Shown here in pieces: positions 50,818 to 60,816 of a stretch of 64,000 nucleotides of DNA. Source of the DNA: Candidatus Poribacteria bacterium (GTDB lineage Bacteria > Poribacteria > WGA-4E > WGA-3G); NCBI GenBank assembly GCA_965214095.1, contig OZ243938.1:4384001-4448000 (forward strand), given 5' to 3'. The number at the start of each line of letters is the position of its first letter. The stretch's first letter is position 1. The position numbers and the translations under genes were made by a program. The notes under the pieces were generated by a model. That model saw only the letters and a program-made list of their open reading frames with translations, had not been told where the DNA came from and searched no databases.

Positions 50818-52697
50818 AGAACACACAACTTTATCACATACTCCTCATCTTTATTTCTACGCTATCAGTATCTCTTTGTCATGCCGTAGATCACACCCAA
50901 TGGCAATTACCTGAAGATGCAACCCGCCGATTTGGGAAAGGGGTCATCCAAGATATAGTATATTTCCCAGATGGTAATCGTATCGCTGTCAGCACTACAA
51001 TAGGAGTATGGATTTACGATGTCCATACAGGCGACGAACTTGCACTTCTCACAGACGGGGTGAATGATTATTCTGCAATCGCATTCAGTCCTGATGGACA
51101 AATACTTGCTTCTGCAAGTGAAAACAACATACAACTCTGGAATATAGATGAACTCAAACTACAAGATGTTTACACGGGACATACATCTGAAATCAAGTAT
51201 TTAGTTTATAGTCAAAATGGGAAAACTCTTATAAGTGGAAGCACAGATGCAACTATTCGTGTATGGGATACAGCAACGGGTGAAACGTTGTCAACCTTAG
51301 TTGGTTTCTCTGACAATACAGCTGAAATTGCAATTTCTCCCGATGGCAGAATGGTTGCAAGTTCAGCATTCACAAATATAGGCAACATCTGGGTGTATAA
51401 CTTGGAAACAGGAGGACTTAATAATAAAATTGCAACAAATAATAACATCATATATGAACTCCTATTCTTACCAGATGGACACAGAATTGTCGCAGGAGAT
51501 AGAAACGGTGATTTACAGATATACGATGTGAATTCAGGTGCATTACTGAAGAAACTGGCAGGTAAAATCGGGTATACAAAATCCTTAGATTCCTCAAAAA
51601 ACGGTATGTATATCCTATCTGGATCTGCTGAGGAAATCATCCAATTGTGGGCAGTTGAAATTGAAATACTAATTAATACTTATAACAAAGACATTGATCC
51701 CATTTCTAAAGTAGCATTTTCACCTGATGGTAGTACTTTTGCCAGCGCAAGTATAGGTGAAGGAACACTCCAAATCTGGAACATTGGAAATAGCAAACTT
51801 CAGAAAACAATTTCTGGACATACAAATTACAGCAGATCAGTCGTCTTTTCTCCGGATGGACAATTCCTTGCCACCACCGTGATGGCAGATGATACCATAA
51901 ACGTCCGTAATATACAAACAGGAGAGATACATCTATCACTCAACGGACACACGCAACGTCCATATTCCCTAACATACTCACATAACGGAGAAATACTTGC
52001 ATCGGGAAGTTACAACGGACAGATTATTCTATGGGATATGAAGAATGGAAATATATTAAATCAACTTAGTGAACATGGACAAAATGTAAGCTCTTTAGCA
52101 CTGTCTCCCATTAGAAATTATCTTATAAGCGGTGGATGGGATTCTATGATCAATTTTTGGAACTTTAATACTGGTAAAAATATACAGCATATTCCAATGA
52201 ACCAAAAGGTTCGGGATATAGCAATCAGTCCTGACGGTAATATACTTGCAAGTGCCACTGATGAGAAAACTGTCCGATTATGGAATGCAAATACAGGAGA
52301 ATCAATAGGAAAACTTGAAGGTCATAAAGAATCAGCAGAATGTGTCGCATTTTCACCAAACGGTAACCTAATTGCTACGGGAAGCAACGACAACACAATC
52401 AAAATATGGGATCTGAAATCTCAAGAACTAATTAACACTTTTTCTGAACCAACCAATAAAAATACGGATGATGTCGCGTTTAGTCCTGATGGAAATCTAC
52501 TTGCAAGCAGTAGTCTAAAGGTCATTCGGATTTGGGATGTAATGACAGGTAGAATCCAAAAGACATTTACAGGACACACAACCTGGGTTCGTTCCGTCCA
52601 GTTCAGTCCTAATGGTCATAAGCTCGCAAGTTCCTCATCCGATGGCACAGTGCTCCTATGGGATGTATCAGATATATCTAATGCCAACAATAGATAA
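50814..52697 (+). CDS. secreted WD40-repeat protein
   Basis: ATGA overlap with the upstream gene; signal peptide ending CHA-VD; QWQLPEDATRRFGKG. Confidence 0.92.
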   Translation: MKNTQLYHILLIFISTLSVSLCHAVDHTQWQLPEDATRRFGKGVIQDIVYFPDGNRIAVSTTIGVWIYDVHTGDELALLTDGVNDYSAIAFSPDGQILASASENNIQLWNIDELKLQDVYTGHTSEIKYLVYSQNGKTLISGSTDATIRVWDTATGETLSTLVGFSDNTAEIAISPDGRMVASSAFTNIGNIWVYNLETGGLNNKIATNNNIIYELLFLPDGHRIVAGDRNGDLQIYDVNSGALLKKLAGKIGYTKSLDSSKNGMYILSGSAEEIIQLWAVEIEILINTYNKDIDPISKVAFSPDGSTFASASIGEGTLQIWNIGNSKLQKTISGHTNYSRSVVFSPDGQFLATTVMADDTINVRNIQTGEIHLSLNGHTQRPYSLTYSHNGEILASGSYNGQIILWDMKNGNILNQLSEHGQNVSSLALSPIRNYLISGGWDSMINFWNFNTGKNIQHIPMNQKVRDIAISPDGNILASATDEKTVRLWNANTGESIGKLEGHKESAECVAFSPNGNLIATGSNDNTIKIWDLKSQELINTFSEPTNKNTDDVAFSPDGNLLASSSLKVIRIWDVMTGRIQKTFTGHTTWVRSVQFSPNGHKLASSSSDGTVLLWDVSDISNANNR

Positions 52698-52721
52698 TAA
52701 TCACTTTGTTTGAGAAACTCA

Positions 52722-53765
52722 ATGAACATCAATGATTTAGACACACCTTCACTAATTGCTGATTTAGATGTACTGGAACATAACATCAATGGAATGGCTT
52801 CCTTATGTCGTAATCTTGACGTTCCACTACGCGTGCACACAAAAACACACAAAGTCGCAGAAATTGCCAAATTACAACTGAACGCAGGTTCTCAAGGAAT
52901 AACATGTCAAAAATTAGGTGAAGCAGAGGTAATGGTAGAGGCAGGTATTGACGACATCTTAATTCCATACAACATTGTTGGAAAACCCAAACTAAGAAGG
53001 TTGACATCTCTATCCAAACGTGCAAGAATCGCAGTAGCACTTGATTCTGAACAAACTGCAAAAGGTATTTCTCAACAAGCAAATTCAGATAACTGTGTAG
53101 TTCCAGTTATCATTGAAATGGATACTGGTGGAGGAAGATGTGGAGTAAACTCACCCAAAAACACCCTCCTTCTCGCACAAAAAGTCGTCAAAATGTCCGG
53201 TATTGATTTTCAAGGTCTGATGACCTATCCAAGCAATGTCAACGCGAAACAATTTATCACAGAAACGATAGATCTCTTGAAGAAAGATGGTATTCCTGTT
53301 AATATTATCAGCGGTGGTGGAACTGGTGCTGAAGCAGCATCTAAAGAAATCGGATGCACCGAAACACGTAGCGGTTCTTATGTATACGAGGGCATGACAC
53401 GCATTGGCAATTCGGAGATGCTTTCTCCAGATAGATGCGTCCTCAGAGTCATCGTAACTGTTGTTAGCACACCAACGACTGACCGAATCATCATTGATGG
53501 AGGACAAAAGACCTTTACAAGTTATCCACCTTCACCGTATGGACATATCATAGAACATCCCAATGCTAAGATTTACGGTATGTCGGTGGAGCATGGACAT
53601 ATAGATGTCAGTGCATGTTCATACAAGTTTCGTGTCGGTGATAGACTTTCTGTTATCCCCCTACACCAAGGGATGACAAGCAATTTACACGATGAACTTA
53701 TAGCCGTACGAGGAGAAACAGTTCAAGCAATTTGGAAAATAATTGGCAGAGGAAAGGTGAAATAA
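52722..53765 (+). CDS. PLP-dependent fold-III enzyme (D-threonine aldolase/DSD1 family)
   Basis: LDTP...D, LRVH.KTHK, CQKLGEAE, E.DTG..RCGV, SGGGT, S.EHG. Confidence 0.9.
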   Translation: MNINDLDTPSLIADLDVLEHNINGMASLCRNLDVPLRVHTKTHKVAEIAKLQLNAGSQGITCQKLGEAEVMVEAGIDDILIPYNIVGKPKLRRLTSLSKRARIAVALDSEQTAKGISQQANSDNCVVPVIIEMDTGGGRCGVNSPKNTLLLAQKVVKMSGIDFQGLMTYPSNVNAKQFITETIDLLKKDGIPVNIISGGGTGAEAASKEIGCTETRSGSYVYEGMTRIGNSEMLSPDRCVLRVIVTVVSTPTTDRIIIDGGQKTFTSYPPSPYGHIIEHPNAKIYGMSVEHGHIDVSACSYKFRVGDRLSVIPLHQGMTSNLHDELIAVRGETVQAIWKIIGRGKVK

Positions 53766-54481
53766 TGATACGACCAACACCAGAACAGAAAGAACAGTGG
53801 GAACAACAAGGGTATCTTGTGTTCGAAAACGCGATTCAAGGTGAACAATTAAAAAGGCTACAATCAGTCTTTGATTATTGGGCATTGGAATGTAAAGACG
53901 AGTGGTTAGAAAGAGTGGAAACTGGTGATGCAGCAGCCACATTTTACGACATTCCAAATCCACTTGAGAAAGATCCAATTTTCATTGATCTGATTGACCA
54001 CCCAAGTTATTACGGTGCATTAATGGAGTTCACTAACGATGAGCTGATACTGCTTGGTCCACAAGTCAGGACAGTCGCACCGTGGCCTGTAAGTTACACA
54101 GTATGGCATCCGGATGTAGGACAAAGCAATCCACTCCACATAAAAGTGCAAATATATGTCAATGATGTTCCAAAAGGTTGTGGAGAATTTGGATTTGTCC
54201 CCGGTAGTCATAAACCCAATGCTGGACCCTTCATACGTCCATTGTTGCAAGAGAGTATGACAGGACACAGAACTTTCCCAGGAAAAGCAGGCACAGCCAT
54301 TATGTTCAATTCGTGTGGATGGCATACATCTATGGACAACTCTACAGATACGCCACGAAAATCCATCATTCTGATATACGAAAAACACACACCCGGTCGT
54401 ATTGGGCCTGAACAGTACGCAGCAATCTCTGAACACTGCAAAACACCAGAACGTCGCAAACTTTTCAGTTTAGCAGATTGA
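53765..54481 (+). CDS. phytanoyl-CoA dioxygenase (PhyH) family protein
   Basis: Q..QW..QGYLV, WHPD, VPGSH, G.AG....F....WH, RKS; TAATG coupling with the upstream gene. Confidence 0.9.
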   Translation: MIRPTPEQKEQWEQQGYLVFENAIQGEQLKRLQSVFDYWALECKDEWLERVETGDAAATFYDIPNPLEKDPIFIDLIDHPSYYGALMEFTNDELILLGPQVRTVAPWPVSYTVWHPDVGQSNPLHIKVQIYVNDVPKGCGEFGFVPGSHKPNAGPFIRPLLQESMTGHRTFPGKAGTAIMFNSCGWHTSMDNSTDTPRKSIILIYEKHTPGRIGPEQYAAISEHCKTPERRKLFSLAD

Positions 54482-54499
54482 AAGCAAAAAGGAAATAAA

Positions 54500-55399
54500 A
54501 TGCCGAGAATAGACGCACATCTCCATGTTTTCACAAAGGTTTCACCCAAATTTCCACGGGAAGCCACACCCATCTGTCCTGCTGAACGCGAAGAACCTGC
54601 GGAAAAACTGTTATCCGAAATGGATAAACACAATATAGACCAAGCAGTTCTTGTTCAGATAGGCGGTACAAGCATTGAACACCATAGTTATCTGCTTCAC
54701 TGCCTCAGCAAATATCCTGATAGATTTCTTGGTATCGGACTCGTACCACCAGATCACCCAAATCCTTCAAAACACATGAAAGAATTGACGGACAGCACTG
54801 GAATTATCGGATTCAGACTATTTGATCTTGGGGGACCGAGAGATATATTTGAAACAAAAGATGTCCGTGAATTCAAAACATATCCCATCTGGGAATGTGC
54901 AGCAGAAAAAGATTATGTGATGTGGTTATACCCCCGTTCAATTGATGCACATCTACTGCCATTTCTCATACAAATCTTTCCACAGGTTCGTGTTGTGCTC
55001 AATCATCTTGCAATGACACCGGGAAAAGGAAAATTCACGTTGGATGAACACGGAAGACCGCAAATACAAATATCTGGATACAACCTGAATATGCATACGA
55101 CCTACCGGTTAGCTCGATTTGAAAACGTCACTGTACATCTATCAGGTCAGTACGCGTTCAGTAGAGAACCATATCCGTATCAAAATTTGTCAGGAATGCA
55201 TCACAATCTACTAAACGATTTCGGTTCAAAGAGATTGATGTGGGCAACAGATTTTCCGTGGATATTGGAAAATCCGGGTTATGGTGAACTGACGACTATA
55301 ATTGAGAAATTGATGCCGAATTTGTCTGAGTCAGAGTTAGCAGACATTATGGGTGGAAATGCAAAAAAAATCCTTCGTTTCCCAGACAGACAAACCTAA
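54500..55399 (+). CDS. amidohydrolase-2 family protein (lactonase-like)
   Basis: IDAHLH, AVLVQ, GFRL, LNHLA, RLMWATDFPW, IMGGNA. Confidence 0.9.
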   Translation: MPRIDAHLHVFTKVSPKFPREATPICPAEREEPAEKLLSEMDKHNIDQAVLVQIGGTSIEHHSYLLHCLSKYPDRFLGIGLVPPDHPNPSKHMKELTDSTGIIGFRLFDLGGPRDIFETKDVREFKTYPIWECAAEKDYVMWLYPRSIDAHLLPFLIQIFPQVRVVLNHLAMTPGKGKFTLDEHGRPQIQISGYNLNMHTTYRLARFENVTVHLSGQYAFSREPYPYQNLSGMHHNLLNDFGSKRLMWATDFPWILENPGYGELTTIIEKLMPNLSESELADIMGGNAKKILRFPDRQT

Positions 55400-55401
55400 A
55401 G

Positions 55402-55559
55402 TATAGTAGTCAGGGGAATAAACCGTTCGTAGTCGCGCAATTCATTGCGCCTCGGACATTAGTAGTCGGAGAATCATGCCGAATACCGGCGAAATTCCAA
55501 AAGAGCATTCATACCGTGCATTTGGAAAATCCTGGTTCAGACAAAAGCAATACACTATT
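55402..55559. mobile_element. MITE-like element with a GTAG hairpin between convergent genes
   Basis: tatagt left end, actatt right end overlapping the NhaC stop; GTAGTCGCGCAATTCATTGCGC at 55429-55450 is identical to 69-90. Confidence 0.55.
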
Positions 55560-57300
55560 CCCTTTGAAACCGCGACAATGCATAATAAAACAACACAATA
55601 ACCCCTAATCCTATAAGAATACCAATATAGGAAGGTAATCCCAACGCAGCAGGCAGATAACCACATAGCAAAGCGATGACAGCAACCGTCAAAGCATACG
55701 GCATCTGTGTTCTCACATGATGCATCGGATCACAACTACTCACAATCGCACTGAGAATAGTCGTGTCCGAAATTGGCGAACAGTGATCACCAAAAATCGC
55801 ACCATCCAATACAGCACCTAAACAGATGATAGTAGTAATACCGTAAACGTCCCCATCAAGCACAAAAGCAACAGGAATTGCAGTCGGAATAAGAATCGCC
55901 ATCGTTCCCCAACTTGTACCAGTAGCAAAAGAAGTGAGCGATGCGACAATAAAAACAAGTGCAGGAAACCAGAGTGGAGAAACAACATCACTCAGCAGTG
56001 AAGAGATATACTGACCTGTCATCAACTTATCACAACTCGCTTTAATCCCCCACGCACACAATATAATTGCAATGGGTAACAAAGCACCGGATAGACCTTC
56101 CTTCGCAGCTGCTAATATCTCTGAATAAGTCCTTTTTGAAAAGATACGAGCACAGATAATGGATGCGATAAACGAACTAATCGCAGCAGAAGCAAGTATT
56201 TTGACGTTATTCGCATTAGAGAGTGCATCTCTCCATGAAGTCAGTGAAAAAATTGATCCACTCCCTTGACCATCAACCCATAAACCACCAAGGATCAAAC
56301 CAAAGAGCATAATTAACGGAATAAACGCAGATAAAATCTGAGTGCTAATTTTTTCAAAATCACTGTCTACTTTGATACCTCCCATAACTTTAGCATCAGG
56401 TTCAGATACATTTCCAGTTTCTTGAGCACGTTTCTGAGCACGCCGCATCATACCGTAATCACGACCACTAACCGCATTGACAATTACAAATAAGATTGTC
56501 AATATACAATAGAAACGGAACGGCAGTGCATCAAAGAACATAGAATAACCATCACTGTCCAATCCAATAGTTTCTGCAACACTATTAAACAATCCCACTT
56601 CATAGCCAATCCATGTGCTAACAAAGGCAAGTCCAGCGATCGGAGCACTCGTAGAATCAACAATATATGCCAACTTTTCACGACAGACCTTATACTTATC
56701 AGTAATAGGTCGCATCGTTGGTCCAACAAGCATCGCATTGCTGTAATCCCCGATAAAAATAGCAGTTCCCATCAATGCCGTAATCAATTGTGTAGAACGA
56801 ACACCCTTAGCAAGGTAGGATAACAGTGATATAGCACTACCTATCCCACCCGATGCAATCACAACTGAAATCATTGACATCATGAATAAGACAAACAGGA
56901 TTACCCAGAAGTTGAACAGATCAATTCCATCATTCCCAACAGTGACAGCACGGACAAACCAAACTACCTCAGTGAAAAAAGATTCAATCGACAATTTCTG
57001 TTGACCCAATGCAAGCAACAATCCCATTCCCACTGCAATACCAAGACTCAAAAACAACCGTGTTGTTATCACTGCTAATGTGATAGCAATAAGAGGCGGT
57101 AAAACACTATACCACCGCACAGTCCCATCATCGGATATCACATTCGGGAATTGCCATATCAATGCAACACAAATAACTATGAATATCGGAACACAGATAA
57201 AAGTTTTCTGTTTGTAGTTCAAAAATAACCTCCCCATTGATGCTCTGATAAAATAACACATAATCAAAAAATAATCAACAGTTCTCAATATTGTCCACAC
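55555..57300 (-). CDS. Na+/H+ antiporter NhaC-family transporter (true start probably downstream of 57300)
   Basis: SVLPPL.AI, IF.GDY.N, REKLAYIVDSTSAP, FATGTSWGT..I, GAIFGDHCSPISDTTI. Confidence 0.92.
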   Translation of the reverse strand: MWTILRTVDYFLIMCYFIRASMGRLFLNYKQKTFICVPIFIVICVALIWQFPNVISDDGTVRWYSVLPPLIAITLAVITTRLFLSLGIAVGMGLLLALGQQKLSIESFFTEVVWFVRAVTVGNDGIDLFNFWVILFVLFMMSMISVVIASGGIGSAISLLSYLAKGVRSTQLITALMGTAIFIGDYSNAMLVGPTMRPITDKYKVCREKLAYIVDSTSAPIAGLAFVSTWIGYEVGLFNSVAETIGLDSDGYSMFFDALPFRFYCILTILFVIVNAVSGRDYGMMRRAQKRAQETGNVSEPDAKVMGGIKVDSDFEKISTQILSAFIPLIMLFGLILGGLWVDGQGSGSIFSLTSWRDALSNANNVKILASAAISSFIASIICARIFSKRTYSEILAAAKEGLSGALLPIAIILCAWGIKASCDKLMTGQYISSLLSDVVSPLWFPALVFIVASLTSFATGTSWGTMAILIPTAIPVAFVLDGDVYGITTIICLGAVLDGAIFGDHCSPISDTTILSAIVSSCDPMHHVRTQMPYALTVAVIALLCGYLPAALGLPSYIGILIGLGVIVLFYYALSRFQRE

Positions 57301-57310
57301 ACCGATAACC

Positions 57311-57339
57311 TTGACAATCGCAAAAAATGATGGTATTCT
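57311..57339 (+). promoter_or_regulatory. sigma70 promoter of the UPF0182 gene
   Basis: TTGACA, 17 nt, TG-g-TATTCT. Confidence 0.6.
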
Positions 57340-57393
57340 ATACTAAGGTTTTCAAGTTACATCAAGACATATCTGTAGACAGAGGTTATTCCC

Positions 57394-60300
57394 ATGACTC
57401 CTGACATTTCAATTGCCTGGTTAATATTAAATGTCGTTGTAATTATAATCACACTTATATGGGGTATCTATCGATATCGCAGAGGAATATGGTATCGTAA
57501 ACTTTCCCTCAAATTCCAAGCATATTTCCTATGGGGAATCGGCGGACTTGCACTCCTAAGTAGTTTTTATCCGTATTCATGGCTCTATACAGAACACCTT
57601 TGGTTTTTTGAAAACGTCGGTTATCCAGATGTCTTTTGGAAAATCATAAAAATACGATGGGGACTCTTCTTCGCATTTTTCTTTGCAGCATTATTGTTCA
57701 TGAATATAAACGCGATTATAGCAAAGCGACTCTGTCCAGAAACGAGAGAGTTTTCCCGTTGGGTTCATGACCAGACAGTCTCCTTCCACCGCACCTTCTT
57801 CTGTGGATCAGTACTCATCGCCATAATCTTCGCAGTTCCAATGATGTCTCTACATGACGAATACATCCTCTATAAAGGACAGCCTAAAGAGGAAAAAGTA
57901 GCTCTTGCAAATGCCGAACAAGAGGAACTAGAAATAGGTGATGTAGAGCAACAAGGTACAGAAACAACTGATGTTGACCAAGGGACAACAGAAATAGTGA
58001 AGGCAGAATCTGAGGATGACGATATATTAGATTTTGAACAGGATACAGAAATTGCTAATGTCAATGTTAATGAGAATCCCAAAACAGAAACACGCTTCTT
58101 TGGAAAAGATGTAAATTTCTATATGTTTACTTATCCAATGCATAATGCAATCAGTCTATGGGTATGGGTTTTGCTATGGGTAACCTGTATTGTTGTAGGT
58201 TTGCTATACAACTTCTATTATCGTCGTGACGCACGTTCCATGGGGTTTGTAAAAAGAAATATCGTCCTGCACGGTAGCATTCTGTGGTTGATATTGTTAG
58301 CAGTGGCAATCTGGCGAGGATATGTAAATCTGTGGGGTAAGGTATATACACCTTCACTTTCAGATCGACTTTCGGCATATCACGGTTTGTTTTATGCTGA
58401 TAGTAAACTCGTGGGGTCAACCCATGTTTACAGTATTGTTCTTGTTATTATCGGAGTTGTGGTAATCTTCAATCTTTTTTGGAGAAAACGCAAAATATGG
58501 TATACATTAATTGTTATTTCTTTAATCAGTTACCTCTGTTTGATACTGATATATCCAATTGGTATACATTGGTATACAGTTAGAACTGCGGGGGATGCAG
58601 AGGGGCCAGAATTAAAATTCTTAGCTAGTCATATCAGAGACACGCGAAAAGCATTTGACATAAATAATATTTCCGAAAAAGATTTGGATAAAGGACTGAC
58701 AACAATTGATTTAATTGAAGAGAACCCAGAGGTTAAACAGAATATCCAATTCTGGGATCGTCGAGTATTCTATAATATACTTCGTAATGAACAACCTGAA
58801 TCGCACCATGATTTTCATCCCTATGCGGATGTTGATAGATATTATTTAACTACTAAACCAACTCCAGCAGATTCCTCACCTGAACCATCAGAAGATAATA
58901 CATCTGATGGTTCTACTGAAGTCATTGAGAATACATCAAATGGTGCAAACGAAGAAGAGGGAGAATATCGACAGGTATTGATCTCTGCTCGTGAAATAGA
59001 TCCAGATCCAGGACACAAAGAGTGGGGAGAACTTAAACTAAAATTTACACACGGATATGGCGTTTGTTTAGCTCCTGTGAATGTTGTAAATGAAAATGGC
59101 ACACCAGATTTATGGGTGAAAGGTGTACCTATTACTCAGAAAGAAGGCTTAAATTATCAAGAACTAGATATAAGTCAACCGCGGATTTACTATGGTGAGA
59201 TGACACATGATTATGTAATCGTAAATACAGAAAAACCTGAATACAATGTGGAAGAAGAGAAAGCAAAAGGAATTGAGAAACAAACCGATCTTACTGAGAA
59301 TAAAGAGAGCGAAACAGAAAAAGAAGTGAATAAAGAGGAGCAGATAGATATAGATGAAACAGAGAACTTAGGTGACATAAACAACGGATATCACTATCAA
59401 GGAACAGGTGGAGTTCGCTTAGGTGGTTGGTTTCGCAGGTTCTGTTATGCAGTCCGATTCACATCGGTTTATATTTTGCGTCACTCAGCTTTGAATCAAG
59501 ATAGTCGGGTTATGTATTGGCGTAAGATCGGCACTAGACATAACAACCGTTTGGTCGTTGATCGTATATCACACATTGCACCATTTCTTGATTTCGATCC
59601 AGACCCTTACATTGTTATTCATGATGGACAGTTGTGGTGGATGGTAGATTTCTATGTAACAAGCAGTAGATATCCAAATTCCCAATTCTACAAAGATGAT
59701 ACTGCACCTATCAAATATAATGAACTTGAACTTCATACTGAACCTCGGTTTAAAAGATTCAAGAAATTTAATTATATACGCAACTCCGGGGTCGCAGTTG
59801 TTAATGCATATAGCGGCGAAGTTAACTTTTATACAGAAGAAGATGATGAATTGATTACAAGTATCTACCAGAAAACATTCCCAACTCTATTTAAAAAAAT
59901 CAGTGATATGCCAGAAGGATTGAAAGGACACCGTCGGTTTCCAGATTATCTTAACCGGATTCAAGCAAAAATATATGGAAGTTATCATGTTATAGACGAA
60001 CGAAACTTTTACAATAATAATGATCAATGGAAAATTCCTAAAGAAGCTTATTACTCTGAATCTCCAAACCAAGAGATGATGCCATACTACATTATGTTAA
60101 AGTTACCTGGGGAAGAAAAAACAGAATTTGTAAACATGATACCATTTACTCCTCCTTTCAAAGATAATTTTATGAAGGGATGGTTAATCACTCGTTGTGA
60201 TCCACCAAACTATGGAGAACGTATTGTTTATTCACTTCCAGATGATATGAATATTAAGGGACCTAAACATGTTGAAGACGATATTCCTAAGAATCCTGAA

Positions 60301-60744
60301 TTAGCCGAACTATTTCGTAACTGGAAACCCAACAGAGTCATAAGAGGAAATTTACATGTTATTCCTATTGAGGAGGGTATATTTTACGTTGAACCGATAT
60401 ATTTTCAGCGAATAAGTTCTGGTGAAGCAGAAAGCGATGACCCTACAGATCCCATATTGAATTTACCTACATTGCAAACTATTGTAGTAAAAGCTGCTGA
60501 TCGTGAACTTGCTGCTGATATATCGTTTGATGTGGCATTGCGTAAAGTCTATTTAGGGAAACAACCAGCGGCTACTCCGGAAACTGAAAATGGAGAAAAA
60601 GAACCCACCACATTAGATCATCTTGACGCACTTGCAAAAGCAATAGAAGACCTTAGAAAAGCATATATTAATGAGCAAAACGGTGCTGGACAAACAGCAG
60701 CTCCAAAAAACGCTGGGAAAAAGAAACAAAATAAAAAGAATTAA
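57394..60744 (+). CDS. UPF0182 family membrane protein with acidic insertions
   Basis: LWF..VGY..VFW, FG.D..FY.F..P, TR.AF, DVDRY, FTHGYG, QPRIYYGE, APFL.FD.DPY, NYIRNS, PYY, GNL.VIP.....YVEPIY. Confidence 0.9.
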   Translation: MTPDISIAWLILNVVVIIITLIWGIYRYRRGIWYRKLSLKFQAYFLWGIGGLALLSSFYPYSWLYTEHLWFFENVGYPDVFWKIIKIRWGLFFAFFFAALLFMNINAIIAKRLCPETREFSRWVHDQTVSFHRTFFCGSVLIAIIFAVPMMSLHDEYILYKGQPKEEKVALANAEQEELEIGDVEQQGTETTDVDQGTTEIVKAESEDDDILDFEQDTEIANVNVNENPKTETRFFGKDVNFYMFTYPMHNAISLWVWVLLWVTCIVVGLLYNFYYRRDARSMGFVKRNIVLHGSILWLILLAVAIWRGYVNLWGKVYTPSLSDRLSAYHGLFYADSKLVGSTHVYSIVLVIIGVVVIFNLFWRKRKIWYTLIVISLISYLCLILIYPIGIHWYTVRTAGDAEGPELKFLASHIRDTRKAFDINNISEKDLDKGLTTIDLIEENPEVKQNIQFWDRRVFYNILRNEQPESHHDFHPYADVDRYYLTTKPTPADSSPEPSEDNTSDGSTEVIENTSNGANEEEGEYRQVLISAREIDPDPGHKEWGELKLKFTHGYGVCLAPVNVVNENGTPDLWVKGVPITQKEGLNYQELDISQPRIYYGEMTHDYVIVNTEKPEYNVEEEKAKGIEKQTDLTENKESETEKEVNKEEQIDIDETENLGDINNGYHYQGTGGVRLGGWFRRFCYAVRFTSVYILRHSALNQDSRVMYWRKIGTRHNNRLVVDRISHIAPFLDFDPDPYIVIHDGQLWWMVDFYVTSSRYPNSQFYKDDTAPIKYNELELHTEPRFKRFKKFNYIRNSGVAVVNAYSGEVNFYTEEDDELITSIYQKTFPTLFKKISDMPEGLKGHRRFPDYLNRIQAKIYGSYHVIDERNFYNNNDQWKIPKEAYYSESPNQEMMPYYIMLKLPGEEKTEFVNMIPFTPPFKDNFMKGWLITRCDPPNYGERIVYSLPDDMNIKGPKHVEDDIPKNPELAELFRNWKPNRVIRGNLHVIPIEEGIFYVEPIYFQRISSGEAESDDPTDPILNLPTLQTIVVKAADRELAADISFDVALRKVYLGKQPAATPETENGEKEPTTLDHLDALAKAIEDLRKAYINEQNGAGQTAAPKNAGKKKQNKKN

Positions 60745-60750
60745 AAATCA

Positions 60751-60792
60751 AAAGGTGCTATTAGGAACCCTGAACTACCCAATAACACCTTT
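60751..60792. terminator. probable bidirectional terminator between convergent genes
   Basis: aaaggtgctattagg / cccaataacaccttt imperfect stem. Confidence 0.5.
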
Positions 60793-60816
60793 GTTTATAG
60801 TCTAATATACGCCGTA

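Noticed and set aside
40420-51640. Numerous minus-strand ORFs with repeated VPS...LA..PSGE motifs
   Set aside because: Antisense shadows of WD40 repeats
39935-52697. Diversity-generating retroelement or shufflon acting on the WD40 array
   Set aside because: No reverse transcriptase, recombinase, template/variable repeat pair or inverted cassettes were seen in the window
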